Part shown: positions 63,326 to 64,000 of the stretch, in pieces
Layout of the letters: every line of letters starts with the position of its first letter
How positions within the stretch are numbered: the first letter of the stretch is position 1
Assembly: GCF_006345805.1 (NCBI RefSeq)
Contig: NC_043010.1
Location: 56,358,001 to 56,422,000, forward strand
Reading direction: 5' to 3'
From: Octopus sinensis
Lineage: Eukaryota
Length of the DNA: 64,000 bases
The notes under the pieces: model-generated
The model's input: the letters and a program-made list of their open reading frames with translations, nothing else
What the model was told of the DNA's origin: nothing
Database searches by the model: none
Made by a program: the position numbers and the translations under genes

Positions 63326-64000
63326 AAGCGGGCTGCAGACGACAGCAAAAGGGTGGCGAGTCTGAGGCACACACCCGTGTGTGTGTATGTGTGTGTGCGT
63401 GTGTGCGTGTGTGTGTGTGTGTGTGGTGTGTGTGTGTGTGTGTGACGTGATAATGCGTTTTGTGGGCGTATGGCGGGGAAGGAAGCTGATAACAGCGACA
63501 GTATCTTAATATGGCCGTATTTTTATGTGGACGGACATAACATTGATATTGGTTTTTATAGACTTGCGTGCGCAAGATATGTGTATTTTGTGATGTGCTC
63601 ATATATATTTATTAGACATATATACATATGTATATATATACAAATATGTATGTGTGTGTAAGCATTGATAGCTGCGTGTAGATGGGTGTGTCTGCGTGCA
63701 ACGAACTTTGCATACATATTATGTGTAAATACGGGTGCAAACAGACATGTAAATCTCTGTTTTGTGTGTATTTATGGGGCTTATGCATGCACACACACAC
63801 ACACACGCACATATATGCTTGTATGAGCGTTTGTATGGTGACGTGTGTATGCATGTACATATACACAAATATACAGAAAACATGTGCGTATACATACATG
63901 CATGCATGTATGCATATATGTATTACACATACACACACATATATGTATGTATGTGTGTGTGCGTGTGTGTGTGTGCATGCATATACACTCATTATATATG

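Overview
AT-rich, microsatellite-saturated eukaryotic DNA with a 100-N scaffold gap at 30367-30466. The SINE families and the density of (CA)n/(TA)n/(CAGA)n tracts point to an octopod cephalopod (Octopus-like) genome; this is inference from pattern recognition, not a database result. I cannot identify any host protein-coding gene with confidence, so the window reads as intergenic or large-intron sequence. Nearly all long ORFs in the track are microsatellite read-throughs, including the 1086-aa ORF, which is the reverse strand of a 3.1-kb 20-bp minisatellite. The recognisable coding content is decayed transposons: Penelope-like (GIY-YIG), CR1/L2-like, RTE, several R4/Dong-type LINE pieces, a hAT (hATm-like) transposase, Tc1, mariner and three non-autonomous Helitrons, plus many tRNA-derived SINEs. 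The most interesting signals are (1) a set of Penelope-type minimal hammerhead-ribozyme motifs, one structurally complete with a compensatory U3:A8 core pair at 34376-34422; (2) several strong CTCF-like motifs, including a 4-unit tandem array at 14817-14959 and a near-consensus CTCF+YY1 promoter at 5513-5550; (3) candidate RFX, Pbx/Meis and E-box elements; and (4) clean nested, duplication and template-switch events. Single-base indels inside repeats suggest long-read consensus error, so near-identical tandem duplications may be assembly artefacts.
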